A stretch of DNA of 64,000 nt from a bacterium (GCA_018830885.1 JAHJRI010000073.1:180-64179); one strand, 5' to 3'. Numbered from the stretch's first letter, positions 1 through 10,145 are shown. The notes: generated by a model not told the origin, from the letters alone. Translations and numbers: made by a program.

Positions 1-68
1 CTGGACAGAATTCGGCAGGCGGTCAATACCTTGTAATCCCTTGTTCAACATTCCCACAGGTTTGAGAT

Positions 69-755
69 ATGACCCTGCAGACCCGATGTCTGATTCTGGA
101 CCATGATGATACAGCGGTTGATAGTACGGCTTCCATACACTATCCCGCTCACCTGGAAATCATGCGACAGATTCGGCCCGGTTCGGAGCCGATCAGCCTG
201 GATGGCTGGTTTAAGAAGAATTTTCATCCGGGTATCATGGAATACCTGGTTGACGAGTTAAAATTTACCGGTGATGAACTGGAAGCGGAATTGGCTATCT
301 GGCGGGATTTTACACGCAGCCGCACCCCCCGTTTTTATCCCGGGTTTATCGAGATGCTGCAGGCGTTCAAATCCAGGGGAGGTATTGTCACCGTGGTCTC
401 CCATTCCGAAGTGGAGAACATCGAGGCCCACTATCGACAGGCTGATTCAACCGGAACCGCCTTCCCCGACGCAGTGTTCGGATGGACGTCTGATGCCGGG
501 AAACGGAAACCGGATCCCTATCCGGTTCACCAGATTCTGAAACGATTTGCTTTACAGGAAGAAGAGGTTCTGATTGTTGACGATCTGAAACCGGGGGTCG
601 CCATGGCACAGGCTGCCGGGGTTTCCATAGCAGCAGCCGGATGGGGCCATGATATACCGGAAATCAGGGCCTATATGGAAGCCCATTGTGGGGTCTACCT
701 GACGGCGGTTGATGAACTGAAAGCGATGGTCCTGCGGTCTAAATCGTCTCCTTGA
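69..755 (+). CDS. HAD-superfamily hydrolase (phosphatase-like)
   Basis: 228-aa ORF. It has the N-terminal motif LILDHDDTAVDS (DxDxT nucleophile motif), VVSHS, a conserved K in RKPDP, and the acidic motif IVDDLKPG. Confidence 0.7.
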   Translation: MTLQTRCLILDHDDTAVDSTASIHYPAHLEIMRQIRPGSEPISLDGWFKKNFHPGIMEYLVDELKFTGDELEAELAIWRDFTRSRTPRFYPGFIEMLQAFKSRGGIVTVVSHSEVENIEAHYRQADSTGTAFPDAVFGWTSDAGKRKPDPYPVHQILKRFALQEEEVLIVDDLKPGVAMAQAAGVSIAAAGWGHDIPEIRAYMEAHCGVYLTAVDELKAMVLRSKSSP

Positions 756-1137
756 TGGCCCTCAGGATATCCCGCCGGGTGATCAATCCGACCAGCTTTT
801 TGCCGTCGGTCACCGGGAAACGTCGGAAAACACTCTTTTGAAATGCCTCCACCGCATCAAGGATGGTTTTGTTCTGATCCAGGGTTTTCACTTCGCTCGA
901 CATATATTCACCCACAGTTCCTGCCGGGTGATGGTGCATGGTCATCTGCAGCATCACCTTCAGACAGTCTTTTTCTGACAGGACACCGACCAGTTCGCCG
1001 GCTTTATTGACTACCGGCGCTCCTGAAATGGATCGGTTGATCAGCATCTCGATGGCAAAAAATATATCTGTATCCGGCTGAAACGTAATAAGGTATCTGT
1101 TTTGAGTCATGTAATCCTGTACCGTTTTGCTCTTCAT
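739..1137 (-). CDS. CBS domain pair protein
   Basis: 132-aa ORF with two CBS-like repeats (ISGAPVVNKAGELVGVLSEKD and RRFPVTDGKKLVGLITRRDILRA). Its 3' end overlaps the convergent HAD gene by 17 nt. Confidence 0.7.
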   Translation of the reverse strand: MKSKTVQDYMTQNRYLITFQPDTDIFFAIEMLINRSISGAPVVNKAGELVGVLSEKDCLKVMLQMTMHHHPAGTVGEYMSSEVKTLDQNKTILDAVEAFQKSVFRRFPVTDGKKLVGLITRRDILRAIKETI

Positions 1138-1195
1138 ATCCCTTTCCTGTATAAAATGGATCCGTTCTACCTCAGAACTGGAAAACGGATCGGTC

Positions 1196-2548
1196 TCAGC
1201 TAATCTTCAGGTTGGTAAAAATATCCAGGGAATTCTCGCCCAGAACCTCATAGTTGTCGAGATCCTTGACAATCTTTATCTCCGGTTCATCCACCAGGTT
1301 GATCAACGTATTGTGGGTCAGATCCTCTCCTTTGGCATTTCGGATGACAGCAACCGTCGGTCTGTCCAGATCTTCCCCTGCCGGCTGCACCACGAACGCG
1401 ATGGATCCGTCGTTCATCTCTACCAGGGAGCCCACGGGATATTTACCCATAATCTGATAAAACGACATCCACATATCAATGTCAAATTCGATCCCGGACA
1501 GCTGATCGATGAAATTCATGGCTGCCGGAGGCGCCCACGATTTCTTGTAGCTGCGTCGACCAACCAGAGCCTGGTACACATCGACGATGGCTATCAGGCG
1601 GGTTTCCATAATCACTGTATCGTAGCTGGCAATCTGGGGATAACTGGAGTTCATGCTGGTGTCCACCTTGACGTGATGATAGTGGGCCATGTTGATGATG
1701 GTGTCCGAAGAGCCCATGCTGGTCAGGATCTCCGCGCCGAATACGGGGTGGGATTGCATCAACTGCATTTCACGACTGTCCCTCTCGAACCGGACGGTGC
1801 TGTCCAGGATATCCTTGGGGACCTTCGCTTTGCCGATATCATGCATGAAAGCGCCCAGAAGCATTTCGTGTTTCTGATCGGGTGTCAGCTCGATTCCCCG
1901 ACCCTTGAGTAATTGAATATAGGCGCTGTGAAAGATTGCTCCCACGTCAACACAGTGGGCGTAAGTCTGGTCGCTCTTTTTGAGACTCGCTATGACGCCG
2001 ATAGCTTCTGTCGATCCGCTCTGGATAATATTCTCAACAAAAGCGGAAACTTCACCGATTTCCATGTTGCCGTCCCGGGTATCATCAATGAGGTTGGAAA
2101 CAGCTTTGGTGGCACCCTTGGAAATGGTTGCCCCTTCCTTGGCCTTGCTGATCAGTTCAGATGATTTAATAACAGCTTCCTGCCTGCTGATCTGTTTCTG
2201 GGTGAGATGTTTTTTGACCCGTTTGACTTGAAACTCAAGAAAGCCTCTTTTTTTCAGTTCCTCTTTCAGCCGCTGATTGACAAGGGTCAGTTTCTGCAGT
2301 GCAGGGGGAAAAGTGTGGAGTTCAAGCAGCATATCGCCGATCTGTATGTCTTCAATGGCCAACTGCAGCGTCTTGTCAGCCCTCTTGACACCGGCTTTAA
2401 CGCCTTTGAAATTGTGCTGCAGCCACTTACATGTCATTTCGTCCATGGACGTGAACTTATCGATGAACCCGATATACCGTTCGATGATCATATCATCATC
2501 GAGATTCTCCAGGAGAACGCTTTCTGATTGTGATGTCGCTGATGTCAT
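1196..2548 (-). CDS. HD-domain signalling protein, degenerate HD-GYP type
   Basis: The HDIGKAKVP metal-binding motif is followed by HYHHVKVDTSMNSSYP where canonical HD-GYP has HHExxDGxGYP. Start set at the internal ATG at 2548 (MTSATSQ); the ORF-track start at 2626 is an alternative. Confidence 0.6.
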   Translation of the reverse strand: MTSATSQSESVLLENLDDDMIIERYIGFIDKFTSMDEMTCKWLQHNFKGVKAGVKRADKTLQLAIEDIQIGDMLLELHTFPPALQKLTLVNQRLKEELKKRGFLEFQVKRVKKHLTQKQISRQEAVIKSSELISKAKEGATISKGATKAVSNLIDDTRDGNMEIGEVSAFVENIIQSGSTEAIGVIASLKKSDQTYAHCVDVGAIFHSAYIQLLKGRGIELTPDQKHEMLLGAFMHDIGKAKVPKDILDSTVRFERDSREMQLMQSHPVFGAEILTSMGSSDTIINMAHYHHVKVDTSMNSSYPQIASYDTVIMETRLIAIVDVYQALVGRRSYKKSWAPPAAMNFIDQLSGIEFDIDMWMSFYQIMGKYPVGSLVEMNDGSIAFVVQPAGEDLDRPTVAVIRNAKGEDLTHNTLINLVDEPEIKIVKDLDNYEVLGENSLDIFTNLKIS

Positions 2549-2800
2549 AGTTTGAATGTGCTGAATAGAATTTGGTTTTTCAAACACGAGGTTGCAACAA
2601 CGGTTTGCTTCAACCGCGCAAACCAAAAACCCTTATCTGTTATAGGATATTCAGTCAAAAAGCTGATGTCTGGGAGGCTGCCCGGATGAAACCAAAAAAA
2701 AATGGATCCCTGTTGTTCTGCCATATTCCTGATGCCAATGCACCGATCATACATGATTTTTTTTGTCTGTTCAATTCCTTTTGATGTTTTAATAGACACA

Positions 2801-2986
2801 ACCCGGCAAGGTCCCCTCGATATACTCGATTAAGTATTTGTTTTATTGAATATACGCCTTCCAAAGAAATCGGTGCTGTTTCAAATTGCGACTACCCGGT
2901 CAGGTTCCCCCGGTACACGGGTTTAAGTATTTGTTTTATTGAATATGTTTCGCTTGGACAGATCGGCGGAGAATCAATTTGAAAAG
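2801..2986. repeat. Two tandem ~93-bp units in a long non-coding gap
   Basis: The identical 24-mer TTAAGTATTTGTTTTATTGAATAT occurs at 2830-2853 and 2923-2946. The flanks are related: ACCCGGCAAGGTCCCC versus ACCCGGTCAGGTTCCCC, and AATCGGTGCTG..TCAAATTG versus GATCGGCGGAG..TCAATTTG. Confidence 0.8.
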
Positions 2987-3890
2987 CGGAGTCAAACTAC
3001 TGGTTGACCTCAACCTGGGGTCAGATGTCCGTGCTGAGGGGATTCGGAAGAGGGGTGAATAATCATCCGGGGCGTCTCATCCTGCTTTGATTGTGTTGAA
3101 ACAACCATCGACGACGTCAAGCCAGTCGTTTTTAAGCGTTCAACCGTGCGTCGTGCTGTATACAAGTGCGATAAATAAAAAAAAGGTCACAAGCGTGCTG
3201 AGAAACACTATGTCCAGTTTTTTCATTGGGTTATGCCGTCTGGTAGAAAGGTGATTACCTATGCTAAAAATCTGAGTGGGTTACCTTCTATTAGATTGTA
3301 ATTTAGGTTTTGTCAATATATAATCTTTTTAAACCGGAATCCGATTTACCGGAATCTGGGCTTGGTTCATGAACACATTGAAATAGTTGTAAATTGTAAA
3401 TTAGCCCCTCCTTTTTTCCGGGAGCAGCTGAGACCTGTGTGTGAGTGAATGGACTGGGAGTGGTTAAACATGGGCATGATGCTGATGGTGACCCGTTTTA
3501 CTGCTGGAATCCTCAACTCGTCTGGGGGAAAACCGACGCTTTTTCCATGGTGTCGGGGGGTTCAACGGGGTTGACACGTTCAACAACCATCTTTCGTATT
3601 TTAATTTTTTTTAAACTGTCGTAATATTAAGCCAGTAATGTCCGGTTAAACTCTTGCATCAGTTCCGTGCCCGGTATAACGTTTTTTGAGTCGGAAGGAT
3701 CATCTAACGTCTCTCCTGATCGCTTGAAAAAACGTTACATCGAACACTGGGTTCCGTTGCCGCAAAAACCTGACCGCACATTGCTGACATCAAACACACT
3801 ATTGTTGTTAAAAGCAGTTCTGATGCGAACCAGAACCTGATCCTGGCATGGCGTGGTGCCTCACCTCCTTTTAATTCTACAGGCTGATTC

Positions 3891-5273
3891 ATGACAAACC
3901 CGGAAACTGCAGCACCTGGCTGGCTAAAAAAAATCCTGATTCTTATTCCGATCATGATTGGTACAGGTGTCTTTTTTTATATGTCCACCACCAAAAAGCC
4001 CCCTGGTCAGAAAACCAATGCGTCCAGGGCGCCCGTCGCCCGGGTGATGACCATTACACCCATGGACCTGTTACCCAGGGCCTTCGGCAATGGAACAGCC
4101 GAACCGGTCCGCGTCTGGAAAGCGATTGCCCAGGTCAGCGGTAAGATTGTCTTTACCCATCCGCAGTTGCAGAAAGGTAAAGTCGTGAAGAAAGACACCG
4201 CACTGGTGCGCATCGATCCTTCAGAATACAAAATAGCGATCTCCCAGCTAAAAACCAGAATCCAGAGTTTTAAGATACAGCTCGAAGAGCAGCAGGTTCA
4301 GGAAAAGAACAACCAGCAGCTTCTGAAAATCCAGGAAAAAACACTGGCCATTAAACAGAAGGAACTGGCCCGTCTGAAGAATCTGTATGAGCGCCAGATA
4401 CTTTCGGTCAATGACTATGAAACCCAGCTCCAGGGATTGATTGCCCAGCAGGCACAGGTACAGTCAATCCAGAACAGCCTGAACCTGGCTCCCTATCAAC
4501 GGAACCAGTTGATCGCCCAGATGGAGCAGGCTGAAGGAGACCTGGCCAACGCCGAACTCCAGCTCTCCTATACGGAGATGAAAGCCCCTTTCGATATCCA
4601 GATTGCTGCGGTCAACAACAAAAGTTCGGAATTTGTCCAGAAAGGGCAGACCATCTTTGAGGGCAATGATATCTCTGCCGTGGAAATCGAAGCGCAATTC
4701 GTTCCGGGATCTGCCAGGCCGGTTTTTCTATCACTGCAGGATCGGTTTAAGGGACTGGACGTGAATACCCCTTCCCTGGACGCACATCTGGGAACAACGG
4801 CTCTGGTCAGAATACCGGGGGATAATTTTGGCGATCTGGTCTGGCCGGCGCAGCTCAACCGCTTCAGTGACACCATTGATACGGAAACCCGTACGATGGG
4901 GTTGATCTTTATCGTCAAAAACGAGTTGGGCAACAACCAGAAACCCCGTCAAAGGCCGCTGTTCAATGGGCTTTACTGTGAGGTGGAACTCCGCGGGAAA
5001 ATGATCCGAAATGCCCTGGTGATCCCGCGCAGTTCCGTTCATCCGAACAATACCGTCTACCTTATCACTGCAGATAATAAACTGGAGATAAGAACCATCC
5101 AACCGGCATTTACGCTGGAGAACGTCGTCATGGTAGAGCAGGGCATCAAAGCCGGGGAGACCCTGATCCTTTCGGATGTCATCCCCGCTGTTTCCGGGAT
5201 GGTCATTGATCCTGTCAAGGACACGGAGACCCTGGGAAAACTGATGCTAGAAGCAAAGGGAGCCCAGCCATGA
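3891..5273 (+). CDS. RND efflux periplasmic adaptor (HlyD/MFP family)
   Basis: 460 aa with an N-terminal TM helix, a long coiled-coil (QLEEQQVQEKNNQQLLKIQEK...) and beta-barrel-like C-terminal motifs. It overlaps the downstream RND pump gene by 4 nt. Confidence 0.8.
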   Translation: MTNPETAAPGWLKKILILIPIMIGTGVFFYMSTTKKPPGQKTNASRAPVARVMTITPMDLLPRAFGNGTAEPVRVWKAIAQVSGKIVFTHPQLQKGKVVKKDTALVRIDPSEYKIAISQLKTRIQSFKIQLEEQQVQEKNNQQLLKIQEKTLAIKQKELARLKNLYERQILSVNDYETQLQGLIAQQAQVQSIQNSLNLAPYQRNQLIAQMEQAEGDLANAELQLSYTEMKAPFDIQIAAVNNKSSEFVQKGQTIFEGNDISAVEIEAQFVPGSARPVFLSLQDRFKGLDVNTPSLDAHLGTTALVRIPGDNFGDLVWPAQLNRFSDTIDTETRTMGLIFIVKNELGNNQKPRQRPLFNGLYCEVELRGKMIRNALVIPRSSVHPNNTVYLITADNKLEIRTIQPAFTLENVVMVEQGIKAGETLILSDVIPAVSGMVIDPVKDTETLGKLMLEAKGAQP

Positions 5274-8200
5274 TTCGTTACTTCTCATCCCATCCTACGG
5301 CGGCCAATCTGCTGATGGTATTGTTTATCGCCCTGGGGGTGGCTGCCCTGCCGGAACTTAAAAGAGAGACCTTCCCCGAATTTGCTTCCAGTCGGGTGCA
5401 GGTCAGGGTCATCTATCCCGGGGCCTCGGCGGAAGAGGTGGAAGAGGCCATTGTGCAGCGCCTGGAAGAAGCCCTGAATGGCATTGAAAACGTTAAGGAG
5501 ATCACTGCACAGGCGGTCGAAGGCGTAGGCAGTGTGATCCTGGAAATGGATGAAGACGCCGGAGATCTGAAGTCATTTGTGGATGATATCCGGACTGAGG
5601 TGGATGCCATTTCAAGCTTTCCCGAAGACGCCCGGGACCCGGTCATCACACCCCTGGCGCGAACCGACTATGTGGTTTCCATTGCTGTGACCGGACCGAT
5701 GTCGGCCACGGATCTGAAGGACTATACCGAAAGTCTGAAACGGAAGCTCATGCAGTTGCCGGAAGTGTCTCTTGTCAGTGTCAGTGGCTTTTCGGATCGC
5801 CAGATTCGTATCGAGATATCACAGGCAAACCTTCTCACCTATGGATTGACGATCCAGACCATAGCCAGCAGGATTGTCGAGCAGAATCTGAATCGTCCGG
5901 TCGGAACCGTCGTTACAGAAGACCGGGAAATTTCGCTCCGCTTCAAGGATCAACGCCGGGAACCGGATGCTTACCGGAATATTATCCTGTTTGGCGGTAA
6001 AAAGGGGGCCGAAGTGAAACTGGGGGATATTGCCACTATTGAGGAACGGTTTGAAGATGAGGAGATCAAAACGATTTTCAACAATGAGCGGGCCGGTATC
6101 CTTATTGTCAACAAAACCCGGGCCCAGGACTCTCTGGTTGTCGTCGATGCCGTCAAGCGGTTTATTGCAGCAGAGCAGTTGAAAGCCCCCCCGGGTGTGA
6201 AATTGACGAAAACCCGGGATCTTGCCTCCGTTGTCCGGGAGCGACTGGATCTTCTGATCACCAATGGCTGGCAGGGGCTGCTTCTGGTTTTTGTTTCACT
6301 CTGGCTGTTTTTCAGTTTCCGTCTGTCGTTCTGGGTTACCATGGGGCTGCCGATCTCTTTTGCAGGAGCCATATTTTTAATGAATTTGATCGGGTACTCC
6401 TTCAACATGATGACCACGGTGGCGCTGATCATCACCCTCGGTCTGCTGATGGATGACGCCATTGTGATTGCCGAGAATATTGCCAGCCATCTCCAGAAAG
6501 GAAAAACAGCGCTTCAGGCCAGTATCGATGGGGTGATGGAAGTGCAAAACGGTATCGTCTCATCCTTTCTGACCACCGCCTGTGTTTTTATTCCCCTGGC
6601 GTTTCTGGGTGGACAGATGGGCCGTGTGCTGAAGGTCATACCGGTGGTACTGCTGGCGGTCCTGGCCGTCAGCCTCGTGGAGGCGTTTCTGATTCTGCCC
6701 AACCACCTCTCCCACTCCCTGGCCCATCACAATTTGAACAATCCCGGGAAATTCAGACGCACCTTTAACGGGGTGATGGACTGGATGCGCGAAAAACCGT
6801 TGGGCCGGACGGTGGATCTGGCCGTCCGGTTTCGGTATCTGACCGCAGGGATCATGATCATGCTCTTTGTGATCTCACTGGGGACTTTCAGAAGCGGGGC
6901 TCTGAAGTTCGTAGGGTTTCCAAAGCTGGATGACGATTCGATTGAAGTCAAGCTATACATGCCTCCGGGGACGCCGCTGCACCAGACGGAAAAAACAGTT
7001 GCCCGCATTCTGGCCGGACTCGATAAAACCGATCAGTACTATACTGCGATGCAGCCTGAAAAGCAGCCGTTGATCCGGGAGATTCGGGTCAGTTACAGCG
7101 AAAACAGTGATGTGACCGAATCGGGACCCCATCTGGCGACCATTTATGTCGATCTGCTGGCCGGTGACAAGCGGGTGGGCAGGATTGACGAGATTCTGGC
7201 CTACTGGCGGCAGCAATCCGGCAGAATTCCGGATGTGATCAGTCTCACCTATGACACACCTCAGCGCGGACCTGCGGGGAACGCCATCGAAATCGAATTT
7301 CGGGGAGAGGACCTTCTGGAACTGAAGTCGGCAGCCAATCAGGTGATCGACTGGCTGAACCAGTTTGACGGTGTTTATGACCTCTATGATGATTTGCGTC
7401 CGGGAAAACCGGAGATCCAGATGAAACTCAAGCCCGGGGCTTCGCTGTTGAATCTGAATGCAACAACGATTGCCAATCAGCTCAATGCCTCTTTTCAGGG
7501 CATCACCGCATCTGAGATCCAGATAGGCCGCAATGCATACGAAATTGATGTTCGGCTGAATCCTGAAAGCAGGGATAGCCTGTCTGACCTGGATCGCTTC
7601 AAGTTGACAGGGACCAAAGGTGAAAAAATTCCTCTGGCAAGTGTTGTCGAAATGACAAGTGGCAGGGGCTATTCAGCCATCAGCCATGTCGACGGGATGC
7701 GAACAGTGACGCTGTATGGCAGTATCAACCTTCAGGTCGCCAATACGCGGGAGATTATCAATCGCCTGAACACCGAATTCCTGGAAAAAGTGACGCAGGC
7801 GCATCCCGGGGCCCAGGTCCGGATCAAGGGCGAATCGGCCAATAATGCAGAAACCGGCAGTTCCATGCTCAAAGCCCTGCTGATCGGCTTGCTGGGAATT
7901 TTTATCATCCTCAGTTTTCAATTCCGCAGCTATCTCGAGCCACTGGTGGTCATGCTTGCCATCCCCTTTTCCCTCATCGGGGTGATCTGGGGGCATCTGG
8001 CCATGGGTATTCCACTCTCCATGCCCAGTATGCTGGGGTACATATCCCTGACAGGTATTGTGGTCAACGACTCCATCCTGCTGGTCACATTCATCCGCAA
8101 CCGAATTGACGATGGAATGAATATTGCTGATGCCTCCCGGCAGGCAAGCCGCGAGAGGTTCAGAGCGGTGCTGCTGACCTCTTTAACGACCATTGTCGGA

Positions 8201-8413
8201 CTGATTCCGCTGCTGAGTGAAACCAGTCTGCAGGCACAGATGATCGTGCCCATTGCGACCAGCATTGCTTTTGGTTTAATGTCATCCACCATTCTGGTAC
8301 TCATCGCAATTCCCTGCTTCTACACCATTCTGGGAGATTTTGGCTTGACTCGAAAGCACGACACGGGCAACAATGGGCACGAAACAAGCAGCGAGAAGGC
8401 AATGCCGGATTGA
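5270..8413 (+). CDS. RND efflux permease (AcrB/AcrD/AcrF family)
   Basis: 1047 aa with a 12-TM architecture and two large periplasmic loops. Typical family segments include GLLMDDAIVIAENI and LTGIVVNDSILLV. Confidence 0.9.
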   Translation: MIRYFSSHPTAANLLMVLFIALGVAALPELKRETFPEFASSRVQVRVIYPGASAEEVEEAIVQRLEEALNGIENVKEITAQAVEGVGSVILEMDEDAGDLKSFVDDIRTEVDAISSFPEDARDPVITPLARTDYVVSIAVTGPMSATDLKDYTESLKRKLMQLPEVSLVSVSGFSDRQIRIEISQANLLTYGLTIQTIASRIVEQNLNRPVGTVVTEDREISLRFKDQRREPDAYRNIILFGGKKGAEVKLGDIATIEERFEDEEIKTIFNNERAGILIVNKTRAQDSLVVVDAVKRFIAAEQLKAPPGVKLTKTRDLASVVRERLDLLITNGWQGLLLVFVSLWLFFSFRLSFWVTMGLPISFAGAIFLMNLIGYSFNMMTTVALIITLGLLMDDAIVIAENIASHLQKGKTALQASIDGVMEVQNGIVSSFLTTACVFIPLAFLGGQMGRVLKVIPVVLLAVLAVSLVEAFLILPNHLSHSLAHHNLNNPGKFRRTFNGVMDWMREKPLGRTVDLAVRFRYLTAGIMIMLFVISLGTFRSGALKFVGFPKLDDDSIEVKLYMPPGTPLHQTEKTVARILAGLDKTDQYYTAMQPEKQPLIREIRVSYSENSDVTESGPHLATIYVDLLAGDKRVGRIDEILAYWRQQSGRIPDVISLTYDTPQRGPAGNAIEIEFRGEDLLELKSAANQVIDWLNQFDGVYDLYDDLRPGKPEIQMKLKPGASLLNLNATTIANQLNASFQGITASEIQIGRNAYEIDVRLNPESRDSLSDLDRFKLTGTKGEKIPLASVVEMTSGRGYSAISHVDGMRTVTLYGSINLQVANTREIINRLNTEFLEKVTQAHPGAQVRIKGESANNAETGSSMLKALLIGLLGIFIILSFQFRSYLEPLVVMLAIPFSLIGVIWGHLAMGIPLSMPSMLGYISLTGIVVNDSILLVTFIRNRIDDGMNIADASRQASRERFRAVLLTSLTTIVGLIPLLSETSLQAQMIVPIATSIAFGLMSSTILVLIAIPCFYTILGDFGLTRKHDTGNNGHETSSEKAMPD

Positions 8414-8543
8414 TCTGGACTTGAGCGTCATCCGGCTCCCGAGAAAACGGATGAAAGGCTTGCTGATCGTGTATCGCCACTTTTTCTGACCGTGGACATG
8501 CAATCTGTTATTTGATCCCAGATAGTTAATCTAAAAACAAACC

Positions 8544-9629
8544 ATGAGCGACGAAATCTATCATAAACTGGCCAGGGTCCTGGATACTCTGCCGAACGGG
8601 TTCCCCGCTACTGAGAGCGGTGTGGAGATCAAACTCCTGCAGAAGGTGTTCAATCCACAGGAGGCAGACCTTTTCTGCGACCTGCGGTTGACCTTTGAGA
8701 CCCCCGCCGAGATAGCCCGACGCACGGGTCGACCCCTGGAAGGTTTGCTGGAGCAGTTGCTTCAAATGGATGACCATGGGCAGCTCTTCGCGCTCCATTT
8801 CGGAGAGGATCACTTTTTCCGCATGATGCCGTGGGTCTTTGGTATCTACGAGTTTCAACTCAAACGTCTGGACCGGGAATTTGCCGAGCTGAACGAAGCG
8901 TTTTCACCCTTTTACAATCAGCAGTTTATCGAGCACTCTCCCCAGTTGATGCAGACACTCCCGATCGAAACAGAGATCGAGGTCGGTCAGGAGGCGCTCC
9001 CCTTTGAACAGGTGTCCAACATTCTGGAAAACAGCCAGTCCATCAAGGTCATGGACTGCATCTGTAAAAAGGAACAGGGACTGCTCGATAATCCCTGTGA
9101 TCGACCCGTGTCAGTCTGCATGGCGTTTGCACCGATTCCGGGTGTCTTTGATGATAACGAAAATGGACGCTCCATCTCCAAGGAGGAGGCGCGGGCGATT
9201 ATCAAACAGGCGGAAGCGGATGGACTGGTCCACCTGACCAGCAATGTGCAGTTCGGTCATTTCTATATATGCAATTGTTGCGGCTGCTGCTGTGGTGTAT
9301 TGAGAAGTATTACCCGGCTGGGGATGCCGGCCTGGCAGGTGGTCAATTCATTTTACTACGCAGAGATCACTCCGGATAAATGCTCACTTTGCGGTATCTG
9401 TGCCGATGAGCGCTGCCAGGTGGACGCCATTACCCTGGGTGCCGAAAGCTATGAAATCGTTCCGGAAAGATGCATTGGGTGCGGTCTCTGTATCTCAACC
9501 TGCGAGGAACAGGCAATCCAGCTGGTCAGAAAAAGATCCGAACAAATCACCCTGCCCCCGCCGGACGAAGCCACCTGGTTCAAAGAGAGAGGTAAAAATC
9601 GCGGGGTTGACTTCAGTCAGTTTGAATAA
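8544..9629 (+). CDS. Cys-rich Fe-S protein with 2x[4Fe-4S] ferredoxin domain and CxCCxCCC motif
   Basis: It carries CSLCGICADERC and CIGCGLCISTC ferredoxin motifs, preceded by ICNCCGCCCG and DCICKKEQGLLDNPCDRPVSVC. The N-terminal ~90 aa look helix-turn-helix-like. It is a paralog of the ORFs at 50492-51352 and 51690-52631. Confidence 0.6.
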   Translation: MSDEIYHKLARVLDTLPNGFPATESGVEIKLLQKVFNPQEADLFCDLRLTFETPAEIARRTGRPLEGLLEQLLQMDDHGQLFALHFGEDHFFRMMPWVFGIYEFQLKRLDREFAELNEAFSPFYNQQFIEHSPQLMQTLPIETEIEVGQEALPFEQVSNILENSQSIKVMDCICKKEQGLLDNPCDRPVSVCMAFAPIPGVFDDNENGRSISKEEARAIIKQAEADGLVHLTSNVQFGHFYICNCCGCCCGVLRSITRLGMPAWQVVNSFYYAEITPDKCSLCGICADERCQVDAITLGAESYEIVPERCIGCGLCISTCEEQAIQLVRKRSEQITLPPPDEATWFKERGKNRGVDFSQFE

Positions 9630-9769
9630 CAGTCTCCGGATGAGCGCCTGCCTGAGATGATGCCCCTATGATCCCAGCAGATGATTTCGGACCCTCTCAG
9701 GAATTTGCCTTTTTCGTGCGGTCTGAAATTACCTTGAATGTTAATCTTGACAATAGGGATGATCATTGA

Positions 9770-9791
9770 TATATTCGAATTATGTCGAATA
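9770..9791. promoter_or_regulatory. Inverted repeat, candidate ArsR/SmtB operator
   Basis: ATATTCGA-attatg-TCGAATAT has perfect 8-nt arms and lies 20 nt upstream of the arsR-family start codon. Confidence 0.5.
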
Positions 9792-9810
9792 TTAAAACAA
9801 ATCGCAGGAT

Positions 9811-10125
9811 ATGGACAATATCGAGGATTACATAAAGATATTCAAGGCGCTTTCCAACCCGCATCGGCTGAAGATTTTCTTCGACTGCCTGGATCATCTC
9901 AAGGCCGGAGAAGAGTCTATCAACCTGGCGGAAGCTGCCTGTAAATGCCAACGAACCAAAGCTGAAGAGTTGGGGATAGTTCCCTCAACCATTTCACACC
10001 ATTTGAAGGAGTTGTCAAATGCAGGCCTGATTGATATGCGCAGGGATGGGCAGCGGGTTGTCTCACGTCTTAATAAGCGCGGGATTCTGGTTCTCAGCCT
10101 GTTTCTGAGAAAACTTGAAAACTAG
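9811..10125 (+). CDS. ArsR/SmtB-family transcriptional regulator
   Basis: 104 aa. LSNPHRLKIFFDCL plus STISHHLKELSNAGLI form a typical ArsR winged-HTH signature. Confidence 0.8.
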   Translation: MDNIEDYIKIFKALSNPHRLKIFFDCLDHLKAGEESINLAEAACKCQRTKAEELGIVPSTISHHLKELSNAGLIDMRRDGQRVVSRLNKRGILVLSLFLRKLEN

Positions 10126-10145
10126 GGAAAAATTTTGGAGAAACA

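Noticed and set aside
3841-3860. Sigma54-like TGGCAT...GTGC upstream of the RND operon.
   Set aside because: The GG-to-GC spacing is off by one relative to the TGGCAC-N5-TTGC consensus, and the -12 element is poor.
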